From NCBI RefSeq assembly GCF_006345805.1, contig NC_043000.1, forward strand, positions 33,170,001-33,234,000: a DNA stretch of 64,000 nucleotides. Direction: 5' to 3'. This DNA comes from Octopus sinensis. Lineage: Eukaryota. The position numbers and the translations under genes are program-made. This document shows, piece by piece, positions 12,394 to 25,029 of this stretch. Under the pieces are notes generated by a model that was not told the origin of the DNA, did no database searches, and saw only the letters and a list, made by a program, of their open reading frames with translations. Within the stretch, counting starts at the first letter, position 1. Each line of letters starts with the position of its first letter.

Positions 12394-12841
12394 CATGTGG
12401 AGGATTAGTGCGTAGCTGCTCGAGTGTGTGCATGGTCGTTGTAGAACGCGTAACAGTGTAAAAAAAAGGAGGCATGCAAGAGGAGAAGGAAGAGAAATAT
12501 GTGGGCGAATTTCGTGTGAATATATTGGAAATATATCTGAGGCTGAAGATGAAGGAGAAGAGATTATCTTAGATACGGTATAGTGAAGAGGAGGCTGAAG
12601 AGGAAAGATAGCAGTGACCAATCCTGGTAAATTTGTGTTTCTATCAATTTGATGTTTCGAGATTTTAAGTTGATTTCTTTTATCTTAATGTCACCGTCGT
12701 TGTTGCTGTTGTTGCTGCTACTGCTGATGTTGTTGTAGCTGTTGCTGCTGTTGCTTGTTGTTTTGTTTGATCTGCTGACCAGTGGTCAAACGTAACTCCA
12801 CGATTTTATTGTGTATGTCTTTAACGAAAGGATATTTGGTA

Positions 12842-13230
12842 TCTAGCCGGGCGAAATGCTTAACGATATTTCGTCTGCGTTACGTTGTGAGTTCAAATTC
12901 CGCCGAGGTCACTTGCCTTTCATCCTTTCGGGGTCGATAAATTAAGTACCAGTACGCACTGGGGTCGATGTAATCGACTTAATACCTATGTCTGTCCTTG
13001 TTTGTTCCCCTGTGTTTAGCCCCTTGTGGTAATAAAGAATAGGTATTTCGTCTGCCGCTAGTCTGAGTTCAAATTCCGCCGAGGTTGACTTTGCCTTTCA
13101 TCCTTTCGGGGTCGATTAAATAAGTACCAGTTACGCACTGGGATCGATATAATCGTCTTAATCCGTTTGTCTGTCCTTGTCTGTCCTCTCTGTGTGTTTA
13201 GCCCCCTGTGGGTAGTAAAGAAATAGGTAT
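12842..13230 (+). mobile_element. tRNA-derived SINE family B, tandem dimer
   Basis: Two successive units of gagttcaaattccgccgaggt...gcctttcatcctttcggggtcgat..aagtaccag. Confidence 0.85.
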
Positions 13231-13554
13231 TTGGTAGCTGTGTCTTGCCTGTTATGGGACCACATAAAGATTTTTTTCGTTGACTTTTTGATAGGATTGT
13301 TCTATTTCATGACGACGACGATATAACTGTTGTTGATGTTTCAGGCTATTTATTTTCAAAGTCGTTGCTAAATAGTCATGGTTTAATCATAGGGCAGGGT
13401 CTGTATCAGTGTCCTACGCAGGCTGACGATGTTTGTCAACATTGTTGGTTGTTTACTCAACTTATGTTGATGGTGTTTCTATTCGCGCTTTGTATTTTTG
13501 CTTCATGTTTGTGTTGATGTTATTGATGGTGACGTTGATGTTGTTACTGTTGAG

Positions 13555-13918
13555 CGACCGGTCTTCGTCCCAGAGCTCGCAAGATGGGAGAAGTCTGAAA
13601 AGTGGTCCTTTGCTGTTCGTAAGACCCGCAGAAGAGAAAGCAGGTCAACTCTCGACACCGAGAGCATCGACGGATGGATGAATGCGCATCCAGGCTCAGC
13701 GGTTGCGTAGGAAGTCGGGGACAAGAAACAGGAAGAAAGAGTGAGAGAAAGTTGGAGCGAAAGAGTACAACAGGGGTCACCACCACCCCCTGTTTGAGCC
13801 TCGTGGAGTTTTAGTGTTTTCGCTCAATAAACACACTTAATGCTCGGTCTGGGAATCGAAACCGCAATCCTCCGACGGCGAGTCCGCTGCTCTAACCACT
13901 GAGCCATTGCGCCTCCAC
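13555..13918 (-). mobile_element. tRNA-derived SINE, family C
   Basis: Minus strand has A box tggctcagtggttagagc and B box ggtttcgattccc. Body is shared with the 7307 copy. Confidence 0.8.
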
Positions 13919-14521
13919 TGTTGTTGCTGTTGTTGACTTCGTTATTGTTGTTGTGTATTTGTGGATGCTATTGTTGTTTAGCTCCAAAATCAACCCTGAT
14001 CAAATGCGCTCCAACTACGACCACCACCACCGTCTTATGTTTCCCATTTACTGCTCCTAGTTCTCTATTACCTAACGTCTCCCATTTATTTCAAAATAGT
14101 AGGATGTGATTTGAGGGAGATTTGGCTGTAGCTTCTAGCAGATTCGATATTTTCAATTCTAAAGTCATTACACTTGGCTAATTAGTGAAACTCATTCGTA
14201 TTGTGATGCTTAATTATATATTTAATTTAGGCGACTATAACAAGCGGCTGAAATTACATGAAGGAAAGACCCAGTTGTCGTCCGTGTCCATTCAGAGACC
14301 GTATCATTCGGTATTTCACCAAGTAAACAGTTTATTTTTCTTTTTGTGGAACGAGACTGAAAATAGAAAACATAGTTTGGATGAGAAGAAAATACGTTTA
14401 GTTTCAACCAGGAGTTAAATTCAAAGGAGGGTTTGTGTCAGGAGCGGAAGATTTGGAGGTGCTCTGATTCTGTGCTTTTGTTATATCTAAGATATAAAAT
14501 TGTGACTTCTGCTGCTGATGA

Positions 14522-14682
14522 CGAAGAAGAAGAAGAAGAAGAAGAAGAAGAAGAAGAAGAAGAAGAAGAAGAAGAAGAAGAAGAAGAAGACGATGATGAT
14601 GAAGATGAAGAAGAAGAAGAAGAAGAAGAAGAAGAAGAAGAAGAAGAGAAGAGAAGAAGAAGAGGAGGAGGAGGAGGAACAG
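14522..14682. repeat. (GAA)n/(GAT)n/(GGA)n trinucleotide tract
   Basis: Visible directly. The poly-E/K/S/L ORFs in all frames are artefacts of it. Confidence 0.97.
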
Positions 14683-15049
14683 CATCAACTAATGAGAAAT
14701 TGGGAATTGACATAACCATCAATATAAAACCATTTCTGCACAAATAGATCATCAAAAAACAATGGACACAACACTGTGTTCTAAACAAGGAATGTATTCA
14801 GGTCTGTAAATATTAAGTCTTGCTCACACATTATTTGGCATTGACTTTGGACCATTTTTATATCGTTCAAGATTTTCTCTATTATTTTCCCTCTAAGAAA
14901 GCTAGTCTTGATGCATGAAAAAGCAAAGTGGTCTGGAGCCATCCCTGTTTTAAAGCACAACTTGAGTCATTAAAGGGAAATTTAAGTAAAGTGAAGAACC
15001 AATAAGCTACTGCCAATGTTCCAGAGTCATAAGTTCAAATCTGATGTAA

Positions 15050-16805
15050 AAGAAATATATGAAGCCTGCAGGTGGCGGAAGGCGGCGGACACATATGTGT
15101 AGAAAACTACTACAAAATAACAACCGAAAGACTAGAAGTAGGTGAAAAGGAACTGGTTAATGTAATAAGGAAAGAGTGAAACTAAGGAAAATAGTTTATT
15201 TAAGGAAACAACTGCTTAACATTAGAAACTAACTCCATTGAGGAATTAGGCGGGGACCGAACAAGAGGAAAGGATTTTAAAAAATAGACGAACTGGAAGC
15301 GGAACTGCGAATGTAGTGAAAATAAGTGAATATTCTTCAAGACTCGATAGAAAGAAAGTAGTTCAAAGTGAGTCACCAACAACGATTGAAAGTGTGTGGA
15401 GTGAAAGTAGAAACAGATGTGATACTAGTTGCACTAATACTTAGTCTGATTCTAGTTGTACAAGACTAATACTCAGTCGCAAATAATTAGAAGAATAGAA
15501 TAAAATAATGAATAAAATGCTAATATCAGATGGTGACTATAAAAGCAGCACAAAATCAGACAATGAAGCACATCGTTTCTGGCTGACCACGGATGAATGC
15601 TATAAATGTATGCTAAACACGATGCATAATAGCGATTTGGTTACAATGCTGTGGAGCGTGTTTGTACAGGATTGACAGCGAGATCAAATATTCAGACATG
15701 ATGGAAAACGTGAAGAAAACGACTGCAGTCGGTGAACCATCTCGATCTTTTCTGACCAAAATATTGGAAGGAGCAATTTGGTACGTACATGGAAATTAAG
15801 AGGCACACAAGAACCGACCCTACAATTACATAGGTTTGGATGAGAAAATATCACAGGAGTAATACAAAAGCATCACTTGAAATAAATATTTATGCATTGT
15901 GGCCATATTAGGAAATAAAGTATTTTGATACATTAACATAATAAATACACAAAGTGTATGGACGATGTGTGGACGCTGTAATAGACAGAGCGACTGACGT
16001 GGAGAAATTAATGGGAAATATTTTCATGCTAACCTAAAAACAGAATACAAGTAAAACACTTAGCATTACAATGATTCGAGTCCAAGACAAAAACTTTCAG
16101 ACTAAAAATAATAGATACATCAAGTCTGTCTGAACCGAAGACGCAAAGTAAATGCTTAAATGAAGACAGCAAATATTCACACATTTCGTAGAATATGTCG
16201 CTTGTAAAACGCCTACTCAAAAGAACACTTTGAATCGCTTCCACAAATAAAATACTAGATTCAAAAGTACACACTATCAATCTGACATTTAATGAACAAG
16301 TTTTCTAATGAATTAATGGATTCAACAATGGAATGATACAACGCATGTAAAGTGTATGTCTTTAACTCTTTCATTGGCTCTACAATTGATTCGTGGCGTT
16401 CTTGAAATAAGGGACAAATTCATTGCATTGCATGAAGCACAACAGAAAACAAGATAACACGTTTGTAACCGGGTGAGTTCTGCACAAACAGAGAGGATTA
16501 ATGACGGTTTCAAATTTTGGGACATGGCCAGCAAGACGATTAATAATAAATTATCATAACAGAGAGCAAGACCAACTGAAACGCACAATCACCAGTCACA
16601 AAGGTTCAATTAAGCAGACGGACGCACACAGTAGTCACAAGGTGAGTTATTATCTGATTGATGAGCTGTACATCAACAGGTCAAAACTGAAAGACGACAG
16701 TAATCTTTACACCAATCACGTTAGACTTGTCTACTACAAAAGGGACAAGAACACAGCCAACACGTCTTCAGACTGAAGGTGAGACTCTGAAAGTCGACAA
16801 ACGCT
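15050..16805 (+). mobile_element. Highly decayed Penelope-like element (RT remnants + GIY-YIG end)
   Basis: EELGGDRT (resembles YxxLxxDPT) near 15240, WYVH (resembles RYVDD) near 15780, and EQDQLKRTITSHKGSIK (resembles xTxRxLxxRxxEHK) at ~16560. A degenerate hammerhead-like end lies at 16772-16800. Many stop codons. Confidence 0.5.
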
Positions 16806-17239
16806 GACGGTGTTTTTTTTTCCAAAACAAGCTGAGAAAGAAATCAAGTAAAAATATGAAAAAATATAAAAAGATAGTCATATGTTGAATGTAACATTTT
16901 AAAAGAAAGTGTTTCCCCGTTTTTTACACTTTATATCTTTTAACAATCTCTGTTTAATGTTTGGACAAACAAAATGAGATATTCTTATAATGGTGTGTGT
17001 ATATATATACAAACATGAATACATACACAGATACACACACACTCACATATATGATGGTAGTGGTAGTGGTGGTGGTAGAGCGGCTGCTGCTGCTGCTGCT
17101 GCTGATAAACTTTCTTAGTCCGAGAAAGTTCTGCAATTTCTTGCCGAACAATCTGCGCAAATGATTTGTTTATAGTGAGGACCAAATGCTTGTGCCATTC
17201 ATTAGCTCCCTCCCTCCATCAAATCGATGTTCCTCGAAC

Positions 17240-17402
17240 AGGTGCACACAGGTGTACCACGCCTCAGATATCGAAGGGATCACAGAGCAAGGTGAGGTGA
17301 AGTGTTTTGCTCAAGAACACAATACACTAACTGGTCTAGGAATTGAAACCACGATCTCACGACCGTGTGTACAACACCCTAACCACTAGGTCATGCGCCT
17401 CC
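17240..17402 (-). mobile_element. SINE family D head fragment
   Basis: gaagtgttttgctcaagaacacaa...ggaattgaaaccacg...ctaaccactaggtcatgcgcctcc is the reverse complement of a tRNA head + CORE. Confidence 0.7.
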
Positions 17403-17544
17403 CTCTCTATCTCTCACGCACACACACACATACATACATATATATATGTATATGTATGTGTGTGTATGTGTGTGTATGTATCTATGCATATACATTTAAT
17501 ACAAAATACTCATATAAACATATTCAAGATATTAAACTCTGCCA

Positions 17545-17855
17545 AAGTAGGGGAACCTTTAATCAAGGGAAGTCCTACTCAAGTAGCATTAGGGATCTAG
17601 TCGACCGATCCCTCTCTCTAATGTTTGGCCCTGTTCCTTGTGTCTGGTCATGTGACTTAAATCTAACCTTGGGCCCCGTGTCTCGTCTTTCGGGTCTAAG
17701 ACTGCCAGTCTTAGTGTCTCTTGTATTGCTATGTATCCATGTGTCTGACTACGCACCCGGTATCTCGTTATGTACTCTGTATTTATGTACCCTGTGTTCC
17801 CTTTATCAGAAAGTCTCTCGTGTTCGCTATTTAACTCAATAATCCAGAGATTACT
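17545..17855 (+). mobile_element. Possible solo-LTR-like element
   Basis: Composition and layout resemble an LTR (TC-rich body, then gtctctcgtgttcgctatttaactc near the end). No partner LTR or PBS was seen. Confidence 0.3.
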
Positions 17856-18994
17856 GTAATGGGAAACAGAAATGTTAGAGTAGCTGGCAATATAATTGGT
17901 ACCAGTAATATACGGTGGGTCAATGAATTTATGGCACTCTCTCTTACAATATTTTTGATGTTATTGTTTTGTGTTGTTATGTTCACCCCAATTCCAGTAC
18001 TTATTGTGTAAACTCATGATTTAAAGCCTTCCAACAGTGACCACTCCATGTCCAACAAAAACTTTTTTAAGATGCTAGGTTAGATGTGATTTGAGGGAGA
18101 TATGATTGCTATTTCCAGCAGGTAGAACGGCCATTAGGGGCGAGCATCGTCAGTGATAGGTCTTCCCTTTTTTAATCTACAGATTATTCCAGAGAGAGAA
18201 AAGAGAATTACGATGAAAAAGACTTTGAGGCATGACCATACTGTCTTTTTTTCTGGAATAGTCTACCCTGGACAACAATTCCTAATGTGTCAATCAGAAG
18301 ACTAGGAAGTGGTTGGATGGAGAGTTAACTGCCATACCTAGCACATCGAGCGAACACTTAGCAGCTCTCTCGTTCATGGTGATGGAGGCGACGGTGGTAA
18401 TGATGACGATGATGATGATGACGATGATGATGATGATCTAGTTTGTTTTACTCCTGGGGTATCTACCCCATATGATGTATTGATATTGACCTTTGTGTCT
18501 TAAAACTGTTTTGGCGTCGCTGAGTCTTGCCAAGTTGCTGCCAGCAACGACTGGCTCAGATCGAAACCACAATCACAGAGTTATGCTTCCTTTGACATCA
18601 ACCGAAGCTTGTCGTTTCACAAGGTCTCGCCTCCCCTCCCCAACCCACTTCCACACCGAAACAAATACACAAACTAACACCACACATACACACACATATA
18701 GCACGCTCTCTTTTTCTTCTCTCCCTCTCTCCTCGCGCTCTCTCACGCACAACATATCTCTCACCCTCTCTCTGCCTTCCCCTCTCTCTCTCACTCTCTC
18801 ACGCACAATCTCTCTCTCGATCTCACACTCTTCCTCTCTCTCTCTCCCTTTAACTTAATCTTATTTCTCATTCTTTCACATAGGCACAGCAAGATTTCGA
18901 CGCTTGTTAGTGGCTATAAATCATACATAAATAAGCACACACACGCGAATCTATGCGTATGATTGTATGTACATATCTGTGTATATATATATAA

Positions 18995-19025
<31 letters not shown>

Positions 19026-19145
19026 TGGACGGATGTAGAGATAGATACGTAGATACATATCTATGTATATATATACTTGTGTGTGTGTATGTATGTATCT
19101 ATATATGTGTATAAATGTGAATGTGTCTCTCTGTGTGTCTGAGTG

Positions 19146-19190
<45 letters not shown>

Positions 19191-19480
19191 AATTGATAAT
19201 GTTTTATTTATTTATTTATTTATTTTTGTTAAGTTAATTTAAGTTTAAATACCAAACATTTGCTGATGAGGAATAACTCAGTTCTGAGAGTTGAAAGAAG
19301 TGTTTTGTAAAGTTCGTGTTGATTGACCCGTGGCGGTTTAAGCCGTTAGGCGAAACTTCAAGAGCCACATCATACGGACTTTGCAACATATGTATGTGCG
19401 TGTGTGTGCGTGTGTATGCACACACACACACATATATGATTTTTTTGTGTAATGAGATAATCATTATATATATATATATA

Positions 19481-20811
19481 TAATTAATCAATATAGGGTG
19501 GCAAAAAATTTTGTAGAATTTTTTTGCCACCAGCGGCCTAGTGGGAAAAAATTAAATAGTATAGACCATTTTTAAGTTCAACATCACAATCAAGGAACGG
19601 CCATAATAGGCCATTCACCCACTAGAAATAACAGCCAGAGCTTCAACCGCAAAATAACATTAATTCCGTAAACCAGGAGAAAATTAAAAAACATTACCCT
19701 GTAATTTCTTATACGATGAACGTTTCATCTACTGTTTAATGGTACTAACCTGATTAAATTAAATCAAGCCAATCTTCCATAGCCCTTGAATCGTCAGTAA
19801 GAAATAGCCAGATCGGAACAGATATTTTCACGAGCATTTTGTCCCTGCTCGGCAATATCTGACCTAAAATTTTCAAATCATCGCACTCGCCCAAATTTAT
19901 CGGCAGCAAATAAATATAAGCCGCCGATTCCTTACGGAATTAACCAGAAAATTCAATAATCAATATAGGGTGGCAAAAAATTTTGTAGAATTTTTTTGCC
20001 ACCAGCGGCCTAGTGGGAAAAAATTAAATAGTATAGACCATTTTTAAGTTCAACATCACAATCAAGGAACGGCCATAATAGGCCATTCACCCACTAGAAA
20101 TAACAGCCAGAGCTTCAACCGCAAAAAACATTAATTCCGTAAACCAGGAGAAAATTAAAAAACATTTACCTGTATATTTCTTATACGATGCACCGTTTCA
20201 TCTACTGTTTAATGGTAAACTAACCTGATTAAATTAAATCAAGCCAATCTTCCATAGGCCCTTAGAATCGTCATAAGAAATAGCCAGATCGGAACAGATA
20301 TTTTCACGAGGCATTCTGTCCCTGCCTCGGCAATATCTGACCTAAAATTCAAATCATCGCACTCGCGCCAATTTATCGGCAGCAAATAAATATAAGCCGC
20401 CGATTCCATTACGGAATTAACCAGAAAATTCATAATTAATCAATATAGGGTGGCAAAAATTTGTAGAATTTTTTTGCCACCAGCGGCCTAGTGGATAAAT
20501 TGGCGCGAGTGCGATGATTTGAAAATTTTGGTCAGATATTGCCGAGGCAGGGACAGAAATGCCTCGTGAAAATATCTGTTCCGATGGCTATTTCTTACTG
20601 ACGATTCTAAGGGCCTATGGAAGATTGGCTTGATTTAATTAATCAGGTTAGTTTACAATTAAACGTAGATGAAACGGTGCATCGTATAAGAAATCACAGG
20701 GTAATGTTTTTTAATTTTCTCCTGGTTTACGGAATTAATGTTATTTTGCGGTTGAAGCTCTGGCTGTTATTTCTAGTGGGTGAATGGCCTTATGGCCGTT
20801 CCTTGATTGTG

Positions 20812-20813
<2 letters not shown>
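19481..20813. repeat. ~475-bp unit: two tandem copies + partial third + inverted partial copy
   Basis: taatcaatatagggtggc starts at 19485, 19957 and 20437. 20495-20813 is the reverse complement of roughly 20062-20385. Copies differ mainly by 1-nt indels. Confidence 0.95.
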
Positions 20814-20843
<30 letters not shown>

Positions 20844-20886
20844 ATGATATAAAATGCATTATATGTATGATGCATTTGTCTGTTTG

Positions 20887-20928
<42 letters not shown>

Positions 20929-21136
20929 ATATATATATATATGGATTTTATAAAACAAATGGTCTATATCAGGTACCTTACTGGTAAAGCACAGCCACCT
21001 TCAGTGTTCGTTATGTATATGGTTAATGGAAGACGAAATATACAAGAATTTTCATTAATCACGACGATTGTTTCGACGCATCTAATATCGATCCCTCACG
21101 TATATTCCATCTTCCGTCTTTCATTTACCATATATA

Positions 21137-21222
<86 letters not shown>

Positions 21223-21230
21223 TATATATA

Positions 21231-21540
21231 TCTATCTATATATAAAATCCGTTCTGTCTGTTTGTATGTGTGTCTTCTAGGATCTCGGGCATCCTCCATC
21301 CGATTCCGCTCAAATTTGATATGTAGATACTGACGATATCAGGGCGTGTGTAAGTCTTGAAAAAATTACAAAAATCGATTCCAGGTGAGAATGCGATCGA
21401 TAAAGCCGTAGGAACGTGCATTTGTACGCGCAAGCACATCAACTGTTGCGATCGATACTACGCGTATTTTGAAAAAATTTGGTTTAAATGTTTGACAACT
21501 CAGCACTGTCTATTGGACGGAGGGCGTTTTGCTCGTGTAT
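21231..21540 (+). mobile_element. Helitron-like non-autonomous element, degenerate 3' end
   Basis: Starts tctatctatatataaaatccgttctgtctgtttgtatg...ccgattccgctcaaattt, a layout typical of short Helitron-derived elements. Sits in (TA)n. Confidence 0.55.
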
Positions 21541-21782
21541 ATATATATATAGTTAATTCAAACATGAAAACACAAAGAGAAAATACAACAACGCGAGTAC
21601 GTAGAAAAAGTATAGTGTTATATGCACATATATGTATGTACGTATGTATATGTGTGTGTATATATATATATATATATGTTGGGGGCCAATACATATATAT
21701 GATGGGGGCCATCTTTACTCTGTTATCTCCCTTACTTTCCCTCTCGTGTGTGACCCTTCTGTCCGAATCAGTCGCCATGATA

Positions 21783-21975
21783 GATCGTTAGCCACTACAC
21801 ACATTTTTTTCTCTCCTTGTTTCTCTCCTTTTTTTTTTTCGGTGTCCCTTTCTGTAGAAGAGCGTAGGCTCGAAACGTAAAAGACTGTTTCTATTCCTGA
21901 GCGTTATACTAATACATCTGTTTGTTTTGTACACCACCTGTCTTCGTCTTTTGATTTTTCGTAAACTCTCCCTAT
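21783..21975 (+). mobile_element. ~190-bp PLE-like non-autonomous module with a minimal hammerhead motif (21844-21885)
   Basis: gtcccttt-CTGTAGA-A-GAGCgtagGCTC-GAAA-CGTA-aaagac. A near-identical module lies at 32062-32252 and a related one at 25225-25380 (-). Confidence 0.75.
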
Positions 21976-22536
21976 ATATATATATATATATTATATAATA
22001 TATATATATATATATACGCATTCATACATACACACACATACATACATACTGACAAAACGTGGGAAACACCCACCTTTTATTTGACTAACTTTTCTTTTCT
22101 ATTGGCAATGTAACAATTTCGATCTATTCTTGTCTCTAGCAATGTATTCATTTGCATTATGTAAGCCTTGTACTTCATGATATAGCACTCTCTATTTGTT
22201 TATATGTGTGTGCGTGTGGGGGGTGTTTTGCAGATAGCTATATTTAAATAAGTTAAAATGCGGCGATTTAGAAGCGAGCGGTGACAAGCCTCGCTTGATA
22301 TACCATAACTCAATGCAGATCGTAAAGATTCACTCACACACTCACACACACAGTCATATTTATTTCTAATTGATGGGCTTCTTTCAGTTTCCGTGCACCA
22401 AGCTATTAGTCAGCTCGAACTCTACCACTTAATAAAGCAAGCAAGTTTAATCAAAAATAAAACTAATTAAAATACAAATTAAAATACTTCTTGTTGTCTC
22501 CTTATAATGAAAGAATTTTTTTTAGTAAATGACTAA

Positions 22537-22715
22537 CAGGCGTGGCTGTGTGGTAAGAAGCTTGTTTCCCAGCCACGTGGTTCCGGGTTCAGTCCCACTG
22601 TCTGGCACCTTAGGCAATAGCCTTGGATCGACCAAACGGTCGATCCGAGGCTATTGCCTAACGTGCCACGCAGTGGATTTGGAAGACAGAAACTGAAAGA
22701 AGACCGTCGTGTGTG

Positions 22716-22747
<32 letters not shown>

Positions 22748-23170
22748 ACCGCGTGTGTACCGTTGGCGATTTTTTTTTCTCCGTCTTCCCTTCTCTGGAT
22801 CTTTCCTTTTCCTATGTTTCTGACGAAGAGCCCCGCTCGAAAGTAAAACCCTCCTTCTTCCCTTCCTTCCTGAGCGTTCAATAATACTATATTTGTTCCA
22901 CGTCCTCGGGTTGTTGTGTTTTCTCTTGGTGTTTTCATGTTTGGATTAAATTTATATATATATATATGTGTGTATGTGTGTGTATGTATGTATGTATGTA
23001 TGTATGTATCTGAGTTTGTCCCCCCAACATCGCTTGACAACCGATGTTGATGTGTTTACGTCCCAGTATCTTAACAGTTCTGCAAAAGAAACCGCTAGAG
23101 TAAGTACTAAGCTTACTTATTAAAGAATAAGTCCTGGGGTCGATCTGAAACGACTGAAACAACTAAAAGA
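22537..23170 (+). mobile_element. SINE family A (tRNA head, CORE-like segment, internal microsatellite), interrupted by a nested module
   Basis: ggcgtggctgtgtggtaagaag...gggttcagtcccactg head, and cccccaacatcgcttgacaaccgatg...gaataagtcctggggtcgat tail. Confidence 0.85.
22745..22955 (+). mobile_element. Second hammerhead-bearing PLE-like module nested in the SINE's internal microsatellite
   Basis: gttt-CTGACGA-A-GAGCcccGCTC-GAAA-GTA-aaac at 22816-22849. Its 3' end also occurs inverted at ~21553-21620. Confidence 0.65.
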
Positions 23171-23739
23171 AAAGTATAAAAGAACGGGCAAAAAAATAAT
23201 TCCGATGTAGGTGCAAGTCAGCCATTGTGAAGGAAGGGAGTTAGTCGATGGCACTCCCCCCACCAATATCTTACTGGTACAGGGCTCAATGGTATCGACC
23301 TTGCTTTATGAAACCTGGATGAATGAAAGGCGAATTTGACCTCAGTGGCATTCGAACAAATACTGCTAATAAGCCTTTTTTTTTGCCGACGTTTTCATGA
23401 TTTTGTCAGTTTGCTGCCTTAACGGCAACACAATCCTTTCTTCTAAAGGCACCTCCTCGTGGGTCGGTGAAGCCTTGTAGCTAGGTAGTGAAAATTTGCT
23501 GGCCTTTGACTCCTGTTACAGTGTTGGGTTCATGCTGTAAACAGGGAGGGCGGGATCTCAGGTAGAAAGAAGAGCTGAGAGGCTACTTAACTAAGTTTTA
23601 CACTTGTTTATGTTGTGGATTTCAATGGAGATGTATTCTGATTGTAACAATTCTGAGCAGAGAAGAGTTTTAGAAAATTCTTTGCCAGCAGTTATACGCA
23701 CATCCACATACATACAGCTATATTTACATATTTATATAC

Positions 23740-24460
23740 GCATGTATATAAATGTGCATTCATATATATATATATGTATAAAAATACACACACATGTGTG
23801 TGTATTTTTATACTTTTTATACATATATATATGAATGCACATTTATATACATGCGTATGTATATATATATATATATATATATACACATACATACGTATAT
23901 ATATATATATATTTATATAGATAGATAAATATAGATATGTATGTATATATCCTGGAAGCCATTTGTTTTTATCGTATCAACACAAAGGTTTACGATAATA
24001 AAATATGTTTTATATAAGTGTATATATATATATATATATATATATATTTGCGTGCATGTATATGTGCGTTTGTACACACACATACATAAGTATATATATA
24101 TATACGTTGGGAGTGTATGTATATGCATACACGTATTTACATACATGTAGTATAAATACGCAGATAAATGCGTCTGCATATATTATACATACATGCATAC
24201 ATACATATATACATACCTGCATGCATACATACATGTACACATACACACACACACACACATACACACACACATACACATATATATATATGTATGCGTACAT
24301 ACATGCATGCATATATCCTTACGTATTTGGATAAATACACACACGAATACGTGCATGCACGCATACATACATACACACACATGCGCACATATATGCCCAC
24401 ACACACGCACGTGCGCGTACACACACACACACACACGCGCAGACACACACGTACACACAC
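23740..24460. repeat. Compound TA/CA/TACA microsatellite
   Basis: Visible directly. Confidence 0.95.
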
Positions 24461-25029
24461 AGGCAAACTGACCAGGATACGCAATTATTTCTGTAAATAT
24501 TTAACAAGTCTTATTTTTAGGCAGGTGTCTTTGCAAGTGCACATAATAAGCGTATATTTTATATTCTGTGCCAGGCGAATAATAAATGATGCACATTAGT
24601 TGAAGCTGTTTCACTGCGACTCTTAACACCAGCCAACCACATCAATATTAACGCTGTTTGCTTCTAACCGCCATATTTTTGCTTGCTTTCTCTATTTTAT
24701 ATTTATCATCGTCATAATTCTTTAGGTTTTCTTCGGAGTTAACAGATTTCACTTATAACGGTTTTTATTTCCTACTTTCTGCCGTGTTTGCGTGTACGTG
24801 TGTGTGTGTTTATGTGTATGTGTGTGTGTAACATATTCAACTTCGTCGTATTGTAGCCATGGTCTTCTGGTTAGTAAGATTACTCTGCGACCACGCGTTT
24901 CCTTGTTCGACATCCAATGTGCGGTGTCTTCTTGCGAGTGTCTTCAACCATTGCCTCAGGTTCCGCAGAATTTAGTAGATCCAATGAATAGAAGTCCATC
25001 CCACTCACACACACATACAAGTGCAAGTA

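Noticed and set aside
14433-14788. Poly-Glu/Lys/Ser ORFs
   Set aside because: Products of the (GAA)n repeat.
19263-19300. CTGATGAG followed by a hairpin and GAAA
   Set aside because: Five extra unpaired nucleotides separate the core from the stem, and stems I and III cannot be formed.
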